Assembly: GCA_951406725.2 (NCBI GenBank)
Contig: OX597839.1
Location: 21,080,001 to 21,144,000, forward strand
Reading direction: 5' to 3'
DNA: 64,000 nt
Origin: Octopus vulgaris
Lineage: Eukaryota
Shown: positions 38,791 to 52,629 of the stretch, one piece after another
Numbering within the stretch: position 1 is the stretch's first letter
Layout: each line of letters begins with the position of its first letter
Position numbers and translations under genes: made by a program
Notes under the pieces: generated by a model
What the model was told of the DNA's origin: nothing
Databases searched by the model: none
Seen by the model: only the letters and a program-made list of their open reading frames with translations

Positions 38791-39220
38791 GGATCTTTTC
38801 GGTTTGAATGGCAGTTTTTAACATAATTTCCACGTAACTAAAAAAATTTTAACTTCGTATACTGGTAGAATAAAACATCTTTTTCTCTTGGATTTATTGA
38901 GAAAATTCTATAGTTTGTAAGATATTTGTTGTTGCTTTTTTCTTCAATTTCTGCAATTTCAACCAATCACTGACGTCTATTGAGATAAAAAAAACATTCT
39001 GTGCCGTATGAATATATCCCTCGTTTAAGAAACAGATTGGGTTTATTTACATTGGGGAAGAAAAAAAGATACTCTTCCCCCCACCCCTATCCCTAACCCT
39101 AATTAACCCTTACCCTAAAACAGATTGAAATGCAATAGATCGATACTAGGGTTATAATTATGGGTGACAATTTCATATGACACCGCTAGAAAAAAACTGC
39201 CGTTCAAACCGAAAAGATCC
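38791..39220 (+). mobile_element. GGATC-terminated TIR element (MITE-like), full copy
   Basis: TIR GGATCTTTTCGGTTTGAATGGCAGTTTTT / AAAAACTGCCGTTCAAACCGAAAAGATCC; internal CCCTAA repeats. Confidence 0.85.
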
Positions 39221-39494
39221 TAAATTTTAAACAACTAAGACTGCAGAATTATTGCATACAAAGTCTACTGATTGAAACACAAGAAAAGTAGAGGCTTCGG
39301 GAACCTCTGGGGAGGCTACAGCCCTCCCGATGCCTTTAGCTATGAACCTCGCGGCTTCGGCACTCGAACTATTTTCCACGAAAACTTGGGGTAATCTTAT
39401 ACTGCAAGTGTAGATGAGAACCCACTTTTTAAATGAAATCCTGGGGTTGTCTTGTATACCCAGTCGTACGTTACGCCAGCATATACAATATATA

Positions 39495-39545
<51 letters not shown>

Positions 39546-40089
39546 ACTCTTTTACTCTTTTACTTGTTTCAGTCATTTTGACTGCGGCCATGCTGAAGCA
39601 CCGCTTTTAGTCGAGCAACTCGACCCCGGGACTTATTCTTTTCTAAGCCCAGTACTTATTCTATCGGTCTCTTTTGCCGAACCGCTAGGTAACGGGGACA
39701 TAAACACACCAGCATCGGTTGTCACGCAATGCTAGGGGGGACAAACACAGACACACAAACACACACATACATATATATATACGACAGGCTTCTTTCATTT
39801 TCCATCTACCAAATCCACTCAAAAGGCTTTGGTCGTAGAAGACGCTTGCCCAAGGTGCCACGCAGTGGGACTGAACCCGGAACCATGTAGTTGGTAAACA
39901 AGCTACATTACATCAACCCCAGTGCATAGCTGGTACTTTATTTATCGACCCCGAAAGTATGAAAGGCAAAGTCGACCTCGGCGGAATTTGAACTCAGAAC
40001 GTAACGACAAACGAAATGCGGTTACGCATTTCGCCCGGCATGCTAAAGATTCTGCCAGCTCGCCGCCTTACATCGGCGTAAATAAATAT

Positions 40090-40430
40090 ATTTGGGGGTA
40101 ATTGGTTATAAAAGTTCCCCGACTCCTGAAATATGCAGTGACGTCCAGTTCGGGGGTTAGTATAGCTCTTGATCTCAACCCTTCCAGGATCTTCCATATG
40201 TACATCACCGCATACTTCTCTTGTCTTCGCTCCAGTGAGTGGAGTCATAACTCTTTCGGTCTCTTTCAGTAGCACAACTATTCCATTGAGGCAATCTTCC
40301 TGATGTAGCACCACCGAACTGCTTCAAGTCCCGCTATTAATGTGACACCGTGGGGTGACCACAGTTGAGAGCAGTAGTCCAGACAGCTGAGTACAAATGC
40401 CCTCCATAGAACCAGCATAGTTTTGTAGCA
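40090..40430 (-). mobile_element. Decayed CR1-group LINE RT C-terminal fragment
   Basis: Minus frame TMLVLWRAFVLSCLDYCSQLWSP...LHSLERRQEKYAVMYIWKILEGL with internal stops. Confidence 0.7.
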
Positions 40431-40881
40431 TATCTGATATCCTCACTGTTTGAGAGACACAATAAGAATGATCTCGTTTGAGATTACAACCATCTTTGGC
40501 TAGTTTGACTGCTGAGATGAACTACTGTACTGCTAAGCCTGCCAACGAGTACCCACCACCGAGGGGATCCAATACGAATGGAAACCACGTCGTCTGTTGG
40601 TCCTGATGCCAGGGTAGCAGAAGTTATCTCCCGCTTGCAAAAAAATGTCAAGGGCGAAAATCGCACTGAATAAACCAGCTGGAGGAGATGTCTGCCAGGA
40701 GTTAAATGGCAGTATCGTCGTCTCTTAGAGAACATCCACATTAAAGTGACCATAAGCAATACTTTTACGTGTGTGTGTGTGTGTGTGTGTGAATATTTTA
40801 CATAGGTGAATTCCGCTGAGGTCGACTTTGCCTTTCATCCTTTCAGGATTGATAAAATAAGCACCAGATGAATACGACTTA

Positions 40882-41397
40882 CCGTAAATCCTCGAGTATA
40901 GTCCGCCCTTGAGTATAATACACAGGGGATTTTTAGGGGGCTGTACCTCTGAAAAACCTAAACCTTGTGTATAATATGCACCCCTTCTCTAACTTGAGTC
41001 AAGGAGGTCTATATAACGTCCTTGGTTCGTAAAAATGTATACGGTAATGTCCTTTATTATTATTATTGTATATATAACATAATGCAAACATGTAGCCTTT
41101 TTGTGCATTTTGTTTGCAGAAAATAAATAAATAACAGTAATAACGTTTAATAAATGTTGCTTATTGCAAGTTATGGATGATTCTTTTATGACTTCATTGC
41201 TTTCAGGCTTAGCTTAAGGTATTTTCGTGCCCGACATCACAAAAAGCGTCTGAATAAACATTGCCGGACAGCGAACAGAGACTCGGACATTGCTTAGAAA
41301 ATAATTTCCATTTTTAACCTCATATATAGTACGCACTAGGGATTTTGACCTTTAAATTTTGGGGGAAAAACTGCGGATTATACTCGAGGATTTACGG
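40882..41397. mobile_element. Tc1/mariner-superfamily (Tc2/pogo-like ends) MITE
   Basis: TA-CCGTAAATCCTCGAGTATAGTCCGC ... GCGGATTATACTCGAGGATTTACGG-TA. Confidence 0.85.
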
Positions 41398-41741
41398 TAC
41401 TCATCTCCCAAAATTGTTGGTTTAGTGTTACTAATAATCTGGTGTTAGAACACAATATAAACATGCCTCAGAATAAAGCATTAATTGTGTACGGAGCAAT
41501 AAAAACAGATTATATAAATGAAAAAACGAACAAGAAAATATTCAGTTAACTTCATTAGCTTACAGCTGTTTCGGTGCCACGAGGAGTGGAAAATGAAATG
41601 TTTCGAATAGAGTCCTTCTTCAGAGAAAAGTCGAATGGGAGAGAGAGCAGAGTTTTACATACACTAAGTCAAAAGAAAATTTTTTTTTTGTAAATTGTTG
41701 TTGCTGATACCTGCATGCAAGATTATGTGAGGTTCATATGT

Positions 41742-42268
41742 GAAGAAGAAGAAGAAGAAGAAGAAGAAGAAGAAGAAGAAGAAGAAGGAAAAGAAGAAGG
41801 AGAAGAAAGAGGAGGAGGAAGAAAATAATAATAAGAAGAAAACGAAGGAGGAGGAGGAGGAAACGAAGAAGAAGAAGAAGAAGAAGAAGAAGAAGAAGAA
41901 GAAGAAGAAGAAGAAGAAGGAAAGAAGAAGAAGGAAAAGAAGAAGAAGGAAAGAAGAAGAAGAAAAAGAAGGAGGAGGAGGAGGAAAATAATAATAAGAA
42001 AACGGAGGAGAGGAGGAGGAGGAAACGAAGAAGAAGAAGAAGAAGAAGAAGAAGAAGAAGAAGAAGAAGAAGAAAAAGAAGAAGAAGGAAAAGAAGAAGA
42101 AGGAAAAGAAGAAGAAGAAGAAGGAAAAGAAGAAGAAGAAGAAGAAGAAGAAGGAAAAGAAGAAGAATAAGGAGAAGAAGAAGAAGAAGAAGAAGAAGAA
42201 GAAGAAGAAGAAGGAGGAGGAGGAGAAGAAGAACAACAACAACAACAAGAAGACGAAGAAGAAGAAGA
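41742..42268. repeat. (GAA)n polypurine tract
   Basis: Direct reading. Confidence 0.95.
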
Positions 42269-42571
42269 GGTTAGAGAGAGTGTGTGGGAAGGAAAAAAGA
42301 AAGAGTAATGGAATGAGGAGAATGAAGCAAAGGTGAGAGTGAGATGAAAGGAAAAGATGAGGTGGGAGGGGAGTTGGAGGAAGCGAAAGGGTTTAATGAA
42401 TCAAGAGCGACTTACAACCGCCAGCCGAAATCCTTGAGCTGGTTTAAGTGCTGGCATTTGGCACGTCCATAGTTCTAACATTAACATGGCCGGGTTGTCT
42501 TTGATCCTAAATCTGCTCAATCAGGATTCATTTGATGTTGAACCACGACGACGACGACGGCGATAACAAGT

Positions 42572-43165
42572 GGAGGCGCAATGGCCCAGTGGTTAGGGCA
42601 GCGGACTCGCGGTTTCGATTCCCAGACCGGGCTTTGTGTGTGTTTATTGAGCGAAAACACCTAAAAGCTCCACGAAGCTCCGACAGGGGGTGGTGGTTAC
42701 GACCCCCGTTGTACTCTTTCGCCCCAACTTTCTCTCACTCTTTCTTCCTGTTTCTTCCTGTCCCCGATTTCCTACGCAACCACCGCTGAGCCTGGATGCG
42801 CATTCATCCATCCGTCGATGCTCTCGGTGTCGGGGGTTGAGCTGCTTTCTCTTCTGCGGGTCTTACGAATAGCAAAGGACCACAAAAACACCTAAAAGCT
42901 CCACGAGGCTCCAACAGGGGGTGGTGACGACCCCCGTTGTACTCTTTCGCCCCAACTTTCTCTCACTCTTTCTTCCTGTTTCTTGTCCTCCCCGATTTCC
43001 TACGCAACCACCGCTGAGCCTGGATGCGCATTCATCCATCCGTCGATGCTCTCGGTGTCGGGGAGGGGGGTTGACCTGCTTTCTCTCTTCGGCGGGTCTT
43101 ACGAATAGCAAAAGGACCACGTTTCGGACTTCTCCCATCTTGCGAGCTCTGGGACGAAGACCGCT
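42572..43165 (+). mobile_element. SINE family C with tandem duplicated body
   Basis: Head at 42572; AAAACACCTAAAAGCTCCACG body repeats at ~42654 and ~42885. Confidence 0.8.
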
Positions 43166-43394
43166 TCGCTCAACAGCAACAGCATAACAACAATAACAAC
43201 AACGACGACGACGACGATAACAGGATGAGATATTAACATTAACGCAAACCCCAAATACCAGCTCTTAATAACATCGCTTAACCAACAACAACAACCACAA
43301 CAAGAACAACACAAATGAAAGATGCAACAGAAACGATTTGATTTTATTTCACAATTTTTTATTTCTACTTTTTTTTTACCTTTTCTCCTTTATA

Positions 43395-43536
43395 TTTATT
43401 TTTTATTGATATATTTTTATCCCAATTATTATTATATTTATTATTATTAATATTATTAATATTATTATTTTTATTATTATTATTATTATTAATATTATTA
43501 ATATTATCATTATTATTATTAATATTATTAATATTA

Positions 43537-43577
<41 letters not shown>

Positions 43578-43713
43578 ATTATTAATATTATTATTTTTAT
43601 TATTATTATTATTAATATTATTAATATTATCATTATTATTATTATTATTATTATTAATATTATTAATATTATTATTTTTATTATTATTATTATTATTAAT
43701 ATTATTAATATTA

Positions 43714-43754
<41 letters not shown>

Positions 43755-43876
43755 ATTATTAATATTATTATTTTTATTATTATCCTTATTATAATTATTA
43801 TTTATTATTATCATTATTATTATTATTATTGTTTTTATTATTATTATTATTATTATTAATATTATTAATATTATTA

Positions 43877-43908
<32 letters not shown>

Positions 43909-43948
43909 GTTATTATTATTATTATTATTATTAATATTATTATTATTA

Positions 43949-43981
<33 letters not shown>

Positions 43982-44060
43982 CATCCTTATTATCATTATT
44001 ATTATCATTATTATCCTTATCATTATTATCCTTATAATTATTATTTATTATTATTATCAT
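43395..44060. repeat. (TTA)n/ATATTA microsatellite
   Basis: Direct reading. Confidence 0.95.
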
Positions 44061-45930
44061 TTTCCGATTGAACTCTCTACTTGATGGCTGCTGGTTCGAC
44101 ACTTGACAACAATGTTTTCTGTTGCCGCTATTTCCTCATCTTCTGCTCCGACTCTTCCACTTCGCATCCCCCCTCCCTTCACGTACCACCCTACATTCTC
44201 CTCTTCTTCTTTCTCTTTTTATTCCTTCTATATCTTCCCCTCTGCCTTCCATTGATTTCTTTCTTTCTTTCTTTCATAATCTATCACGGTTCTCTCTACA
44301 CAGAATTATCGAACAGCATATTCTTCGATTCTGTTCCAAAATTCCTAAATCACATACTTATGTTGGAGTTATCTCCCTTCTATGCAGCGCGCGCGTGTAT
44401 GTTAAAATTTGACTGCTATCTCTAGCATGGTAGCATGTCTTAGATAACTCGATTATAATTTTGATAATTAATACCTGTAAGGTTTTTATTCCCATGCTGG
44501 CCACCTGATATGATCGGTATTTTAAATAGCAATCTCTTTACTCTTTTACTTGTTTCAGTCATTTGACTGTGGCCATGCTGGAGCACTGCCTTTAGTCGAG
44601 CAAATCGACCCCAGGACTTATTCTTTGCAAGCCCAGTACTTATTCTATCGGTCTCTTATGCTAAGTTACGGGTACGTAAACACACCAGCATCGGTTGTCA
44701 AGCGATGTTGGGGGGACAAACAGACACACAAACATATACACATACACACATGTACATATATACATGCATACGGCAGGCTTCTTTCAGTTTTCGTCTACCA
44801 AATCTACTCACAAGGCTTTGGTCGGCCCAAGGCTATAGTAAAAGACACTTGCCCAAGGTACCACGCAGTGGGAATGAACCCGGAACTATGTGGTTCGTAA
44901 GCAAGCTACTTACCACACAGCCACTCCTACGCCTTATTATTTCAAAATATATATTTCTTTACTACCCACAAGGGGCTAAACACAGAGGGGACAAATGGAT
45001 TAAGTCGATTACGTCGACCCCAGTGCGTAACTGGTACTTAATTTATCGACTCCGAAAGGATGAAAGGCAAAGTCGACCTCGGCGGAATTTGAACTCAGAA
45101 CGTAACAGCAGAAGAAATACGGCTACGCATTTCGCCTGGCGTGCTAACGTTTCTGCCAGCTCCACATGTGAATCGTTGGCGATTTTTTTCCCCCTCTGTC
45201 TTCCTTTTCTATTGGACTTTTTTGTCCCTATTTCCATTTCCAGCTTATGTCGAATTAATGACACTTTTAACAAATCCTGATTTAAAACAACTGGACTTCA
45301 ACACGAACAGTAAAGATTAAACGGTTTATGGTATGACTTAAATAAAATTATTAGAAATTTAAGTTCTACATTCTTGGGTTCATGGATAGTCTCCTGGCAC
45401 CAATACATTGCCAAAGGCCATAAAAAAGGGAACAGCAAAGGTGCACAATTGAGACATCACAAGTTATATGAAGCTTATCGTCTCACGCAGCTTTGACGCA
45501 ATTTTCGCGTTGACTGAATTGTAATAGTGCAAGGGAGGTAATCCCTCTGTTACACGTTTTCTCTTAACGGGCGATTACTCTTTTACTTGTTTCAGTCATT
45601 TGACTGCGGCCATGCTGGAGCACCGCCTTTAGTCGAACAAATCGACCCCCAGGACTTATTCTTTGTAAGCCCAGTACTTATTCTATCGGTCTCTTTTGCC
45701 GAACCGCTAAGTTACGGGGACGTAACCACACCAGCATCGGTTGCGTGCATATAAAGAATTTTCTTCAGTGCGGTTGGTTATTGCTGCTAATTTCTTCTCT
45801 TGATGTACAGTTTGCATTTCAATGGCTCTGTTTACCTAACCTCTCTTCTCCATTTAACAGAAGGAAGCTCAGTTATAACAATTACAGAAAATATATTTAC
45901 ACAAATACAATTTAGTTGTGCTGAGAAATA

Positions 45931-46233
45931 TCTTTATATATAAAAGTGAAGTTGTGTGAGTGTCTGTCTCCTACGATTTAGATTCCTAACTACTCCCACA
46001 TTTTGCGGTGCAGTTTAACCAAAAGCGGGTATCTTATAGTCGTGATTCATATTGAGCCCTTCTGGGTATTAGCGCGCGTCTATGATGAGTCTACGATTTA
46101 AAAAAAAAATTACCATCATTTTTTCCCATTTTTATTGCATTTTTTTGCTATTATATAAGGGAAGTAACTCTCTAAAAATGCTTATATAGTTATTTCCCTT
46201 ACAAACCCGAGCAACGCCGGGCGATACTGATAG
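45931..46233 (+). mobile_element. Non-autonomous Helitron-like element
   Basis: A|TC start, subterminal hairpin, end ATAG|T (CTAG variant). Confidence 0.75.
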
Positions 46234-46251
46234 TTATATAATAATAAAAAC

Positions 46252-46548
46252 ATTGTGTACAGTGCTCAGGTGCACTACAACTCATCTAAAGTGTATGTAT
46301 AATCAGGTGTAGCTTCGGCGGATTTCGGAAAGCATGAGGGCCTTAAAGGATGCAGTGTCATGGCAGTCAACAACTGACGCAGGCAGTTTATTCCATGCTT
46401 CAGCAACTCTGAGCGTGAAAAAATGTTTCCGAAAGTCATGGGAGCTGTGTTGTTTTCTGACTTTGTAGGCATGTCCACGTGTGTTAGACACATGGAGATT
46501 AAAAAGGTGTTCAGTGTTGTTGTTGGTGAGGTTATTAATATCATCACC
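46252..46548 (-). mobile_element. CR1-group LINE 3' fragment
   Basis: TRGHAYKVRKQHSSHDFRKHFFTLRVAEAWNKLPASVV. Confidence 0.8.
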
Positions 46549-48391
46549 ATAGCAGGAAAAAAAAAACTATATTATTTCTTCAGAAAATGGTATTTTATTA
46601 TATCATAATACAAAAATTGAAAAAAAAATTGTATTTTATAAAAATGCAGTTTAAGAGAAAAATGTGACTTTATTATATTAGAAATATACATATTAAAGAA
46701 TATCTTATTAGGAATATACACATTAAAGAATATTATATTAGGAATATACATATTAAAGAATATTATATTAGGAATATACATATTAAAGAAAATAAATTAT
46801 TTTTGTTCTGTTTAAAAGCATTAAGTTAATATTTGAAAATTTTAGAACTTTTTAGAAGTTTTTAGAAACATTCTGTTGTGTCTGGGGAGAGTCATTCTCT
46901 TTTAGTGCCTTATTATTTAACACACTCACCGGTAAAAGTTCCACTTATTTCTTATTTCTATTTTCCTAAAATTTTCGTTGCATCTTGCAAACCTTTTCAA
47001 TGGTCTTGACTCTGTCCGTTATTTACACTGCATTCCTTTTGTTTGTTTGTGCGCATGTGTGTGGGTCAGTGTGTGTGTGCCTATACATGCATACACGTAT
47101 GTATGTATGTGTGTGTGAACATGTGTTTGTATATGTATGCACCTCTGTCTCCTTGTGTGTGCATGTGTGTGTGTGTGTATGAATTTGGTTAAACTGCACC
47201 GCAAAATGTGGGAGGAGTTAGGAATCTAAATCGTAGGAGACAGACACTCACACAACTACAGTTTTATATATATATATATGTGTGTGGATCCATACGTGTC
47301 TGTTCATATAGTCTATAGACCTATCCGTCTGTATAAAAGAATTAAAGAATCATGAAAACCAAATCCAAAAACGAAATTTAGAAACATTATTTACGTGAAA
47401 ATTCTTTAACTCTTTTAATATCAGCGCACACATGACCATCCTCTGGATATATGATGCAAACATCTTATTTCAAAGTTATCTATATTAAAACCCTAAAAAA
47501 AAAATTCCATGTTAATTTATGTTCAAAACACCAACTAAAATTTATTTTATTGAAATCTTCATTATTTTTTTAATTAATAGAATTGATGTGTAATTCAACA
47601 AAAATTTACTAACAAATGGTTTAATACCTGTCTGTCTGAGACCACCCTGATTCTATGATATAAAATATCTTTAACCCTTTTATTACCATCTGGGACTCCC
47701 TTCGATCACGACATTGACCATGGGATTGTACCTCGAAAATTACCCTCCGAGGTACAAGTCCTGGTAAGGTTGTTTATGGAAGACCAGCAGTTGCCCATGC
47801 ATACTGGCCTCCATTCTCAACGCCACTGATGTTATCCAAGGGAAAGGCAAAGGGGCCGATACAGCTTGGCACCTGTGACGTCACAACTCATTTCTACAGC
47901 TGAGTGAACTGGAGCAACGTGAAATAAGGTGTCTTGCTCAAGAACACAACATGCAGCCCGGTCCGGGATTCGAGCTCACAACCTCACGATACTCTAACCA
48001 CTGAGCCATGCGCCTTCATTTTTATCATCATATTTCTGTTGAAAAAAAAGAAGGCATCGGTGGGACAATGCATATAGTGTGCACATACAAGGATCATATA
48101 AAATTTAATTTAATAAATATATTCTCAGACGAATTAATATTTCAACAAAATGACATCAAGAGTTATTCCCCCTGCTTATAGTTTATGGAAATGTAATAAA
48201 GGGGTAAAAAAAAAAGAGATTTTGATTCACCCGTCCACCAGTTTTGAAAATAATCAAACCAAAATAATAAGTTCGAGCTACTTGCCTACTGAGTATTCCT
48301 GCCAAATTTGGTGAAAATCCGTTTCGCCGTTTTCCAGTAATTTTGCAGACAAACAAAGACAATCGACTACGATTCCCTTCTAGCATAAGTG

Positions 48392-48796
48392 GGATCTTTT
48401 CCGTTTGACCGGCAGTTTTTTCTAGCGGTGTCATATGAAATTGTCTCCCATAATTATGACCCTAGTATCGATCTATTGCATTTCAATCTCTTTTATCGTT
48501 ACGGGTGGGGGGAAGGGTATCTTTTTTCTTCAGAAATGTAAATAAACCCAATTTGTTTCTTAAACGAGGGACATATTCATACGGCGCAGAATATTTTTTA
48601 CCTCAATAGACGTCACTGATTGGTTGAAATTGCAGAAATTGAAGAAAAAAACAACAAATATCATACAAACCATAGAATTTTCTCAAGCCAAGAGAAAAAG
48701 ATGTTTTATAAACACATTCTACCAGTATACGAAGTTAAAAATTTTTTAGTTACCGAGAAATTATGTTAAAAACTGCCGTTCAAACGGAAAAGATCC
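48392..48796 (-). mobile_element. GGATC-terminated TIR element, reverse orientation
   Basis: GGATCTTTTCCGTTTGACCGGCAG ... CTGCCGTTCAAACGGAAAAGATCC. Confidence 0.8.
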
Positions 48797-51008
48797 AAAA
48801 TAACTAATTGTATGAAAAAAAATTGTATTTTATAAAATACAGTTTAAGAGAAAAATGTGACTTTATTATATTAGAAATATACATTTTTAGCTGGTGTTTG
48901 AAGCGTAAATTGATTTTAAATTTTGGCACAAGACCAGTAATTTCGGTGGGTGGCTTGAAGTCAATTATATCAACCCCAATGCGCATCTGGTACTTATTTT
49001 ATCAACCCCTGAAAGGATTAAAGGCAAAGTCGGCTTTGATGGAATCTAAACATAGAAATATTCTGACACGCTGGCAGAATCGTTAGCACACAGGGCAAAA
49101 GGCTTAACAGTATTTCGTCCGTCTTTACGTTCTGAGTTCAAATCTTGCTGAGGTCGACTTTCCTTTAAAGGTGTAGGAGTGGCTGTGTGGTAAGTAGCTT
49201 ACTTATCAACCACATGGTTCCGGGTTCAGTCCCATTGCATGGCACCTTGGGTAAGTGTCTTCTACTATAGCCTCGGGCCAGCCAAAGCCTTGTGAGTGGA
49301 TTTGTTAGACGGAAACTGAAAGAAGCCTGTCGTATGTATGTATATATATATGTATATATATATATATATGTATGTATGTGTGTATATAAGTTTGTGAGTC
49401 TGTGTTTGTCCCCCCCCCCCACAACATCACTTGGCCGATGCTGGTGTGTTTACGTCCCCGTAACTTAGCGATTCGGCAAATGAGACCGATAGAATAAGTA
49501 CTAGGCTTCCAAAGAATAAGTCCTGAGGTCGATTTGCTTGACTAAAGGTGGTGCTCCAGCATGGTCACAGTCAAATGACTGAAACAAGTAAAAGAGTAAA
49601 AGAGTAACCCAAAATACTTATATTTCCTAAAAAGTAATTTTCTAGAAATTGGTGATGTGCTTCAGTTAAGAAAGAAATGAAGTTTGTTTATATTTGAAGA
49701 TAATCTTTATCTCCAACTTAACATGGCTGTTGTGTTAGAACACACAATACTGCATTATTTATCTCGAGAGGATCTGTCATATGGACTTGTGGCGAGCTGG
49801 CAGAAACATTAGCACACCGGGCGAAATGCGTAGCCGTATTTCGTCTGCTGTTACGTTCTGAGTTCAAATTCCGCCGAGGTCGACTTTGCCTTTCATCCTT
49901 TCGGGGTCGATAAATTAAGTACCAGTTACGCACTGGGGTCAATGTAATCAACTTAATCCGTTTGTCTCCTCTGTGTTTAGCCCCTTGTGGGTAGTAAAAA
50001 AATAGGTACATAAAAACCACTCATATTTATATTCGTTAACAGACAAAAACCATCTGCTTTCCAACAGTAAGGAGCAGTTTTTCCGGTTTCCATGGCATTT
50101 ATATTCCCTACCTGGACAGGACGTTGGTCTGTCACATGATTATTCCTTTTTGCCATTTGGGTGGACTGGAGCAAGGTGAAGTGAAGTGTTTTGCTCAAGA
50201 ACACAATGTGTTGGCCGGTCCTGGGATTAGAATCACAATTTTACAATCATGAGTCCAACTCCCTGACCACTAAGCCACAAACCTCCACGCTTTCCAGTGG
50301 TCATAGCAGAAAATTCTTATCTGTCAATGATATAAACATAAGTGCTTTTATGCACTGCAAGTCTGTATGAGAGGTCCCCTCCAGGTAAATAATTATTTCT
50401 TTATTGCCCACAAGGGGCTAAACATAGAGGGGACAGACAAGGACAAATAAAGAGATTAAGTTGATTACATCAAACCCAGTGCATAACTGGTACTTATTTA
50501 ATCAACCCCGAAAGGACGAAAGGCAAAGTCGACCTCGGTGGAATTTGAACTCAGAACGTAATGGCAGACAAAATACGTATTTCTTTATTACCCACAAGGG
50601 GCTACACACAGAGGGGACAAACAAGGACAGACAAACGGATTAAGTCGATTATATCGACCTCAGTGCATAACTGGTACTTATTTAATCAACCGTGAAAGGA
50701 CAAAAGGCAAAGTCGACCTCGGTGGAATTTGAACTCAGAACGTAGTGGCAGACAAAATACGGCTAAGTGTTTCACCCAGCATGCTAACGATTCTGCCAGC
50801 TTGCCGCCCTCCCCTTCAGGTAAATATTGCAGTATTGCTTGTTCTAACACAACCTTTATGCTACGTCATAGATAAAGACTGCCTTGTGGCCTTTGTATTG
50901 CCTTTGTTGTTATCAATTATTGTTTATATTTGTTTGTATTTGTTTATATTGCATATGAGACTTCATATTTTGGGTTCAAGCTCATGTGCAGCTCCTCTGT
51001 TTCAAACT

Positions 51009-51092
51009 TTATAAGCTTTTACGTGGTTCCATCTTGAGCCAAACTCCATTTTTGGCTGACAGCACGTCGGTAGAAGCATACTCGACTGGATC
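51009..51092 (-). CDS. Cytochrome P450 clan 3 (CYP3A-like), terminal exon DPVEYASTDVLSAKNGVWLKMEPRKSL*
   Basis: ttttgcAG acceptor, phase 0, TAA stop. Confidence 0.85.
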   Translation of the reverse strand, partial: DPVEYASTDVLSAKNGVWLKMEPRKSL

Positions 51093-51230
51093 CTGCAAAA
51101 GGAAAATAAATTACCTTCAACATCATCATCATCATAGTCGTTTATTAAGATCTGTTTTCCATGCTACCATGGGTTTCATGGTTTTGACAGATACTGGCAA
51201 GTTAGAAGGAACAACAGCAGGAACAACAAT

Positions 51231-51600
51231 GGAGGCGCAATGGCCTAGTGGTAAGGGCAGCGAACTCGCAGTCGGAGGATCGCGGTTTCGATTCTCAGAC
51301 TGGGCGTTGTGTGTGTTTATTGAGTGAAAACACTTAAAGCTCCATGAGGCTCCGGCAGGGGGTGGTGGCGACCCCTGTTGTACTCTTTTGCTCCAACTTT
51401 CTCTCACTCTTTATTCCTGTTTCTTGTCCCCGACTTCCTACGCAACCGCTGAGCCTGGATGTGCATTCATCCATCCGTCGATGCTCTCGGTGTCGGGGGG
51501 GGTTGACCTGCTTTCTCTTCTGCGGGTCTTACGAATAGCAAAGGACCACGATTCGGACTTCTCCCATCTTGCGAGCTCTGGGACAAAGACAGCTTCGCTC
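51231..51600 (+). mobile_element. SINE family C in last P450 intron
   Basis: GGAGGCGCAATGGCCTAGTGG head; followed by CAA/CAC microsatellite to 51978. Confidence 0.8.
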
Positions 51601-51784
51601 AACAGCAATAGCAGGAACAACAACATCAACAACACCACCACCACCACCACCACCACCACCACCAACAACAACAACCACCACCACCACCACCACCAACAAC
51701 ACCAACAACAACACTACCACCACCACCAACAACAACAACAACAACACTACCACCACCACCAACAACAACAACAACAACACTACC

Positions 51785-51815
<31 letters not shown>

Positions 51816-51907
51816 CTACCACCACCACCAACAACAACAACACTACCACCACCAACAACAACAACAACAACACTACTACCACCAGCAACAACAACAACAA
51901 CAACACT

Positions 51908-51939
<32 letters not shown>

Positions 51940-51987
51940 CACTACCACCACCACCACCACCACCAAACAACAACAACAATTCCTTAC

Positions 51988-52150
51988 TTCAGTTTTCTCC
52001 GTTGTGACCAGTCGGTATTTCCTCATCATTTGAACCACAGCCACTTTGAACTGCAGCTTGGCCAGTCTCATACCAATGCATATCCTGGGTCCACCTCCAA
52101 AAGGGGTATAAGTAAACGGGGTCTGCCGTGCTTTGCCTTCTTCACTGAAT
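51988..52150 (-). CDS. Cytochrome P450 heme-binding exon (RFSEEGKARQTPFTYTPFGGGPRICIGMRLAKLQFK...TEKTE)
   Basis: AG/GT boundaries, 163 nt, FxxGxRxCxG motif. Confidence 0.95.
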
Positions 52151-52579
52151 CTAAAATTTAAAACAATCCGAAAACACAGTATAGGACAATGTTAGTAAGA
52201 AATATGCTGTTAGCAATGTAGGAGTTTAAATGCTTTTAAATGCAACGAGTTTGTTTGAATTAATTAAGATATTTAATTAATTGCTGCTTCTTTACTGCTT
52301 CTTTAACATGCAGCAGGTGACCCTGGGTATTCATTTATTTATTTTTTTTTTTTCCTTTTACTCTTTTCTTTTACTCTCTTTTACTTGTTTCAGTCATTTG
52401 ACTGCGGTCATGCTGGAGCACCGCCTTTAGTCGAGCAACTCGACCCCGGGACTTGTTCTTTTTGTAAGCCCAGTACTTATTCTATCGGTCTCTTTTTGCC
52501 AAACCGCTAAGTAACAGGGACGTAAACACACCAGCATCGGTTGTCAAGCAATGCTAGGGGAACAAACACAGACACACAA

Positions 52580-52629
<50 letters not shown>

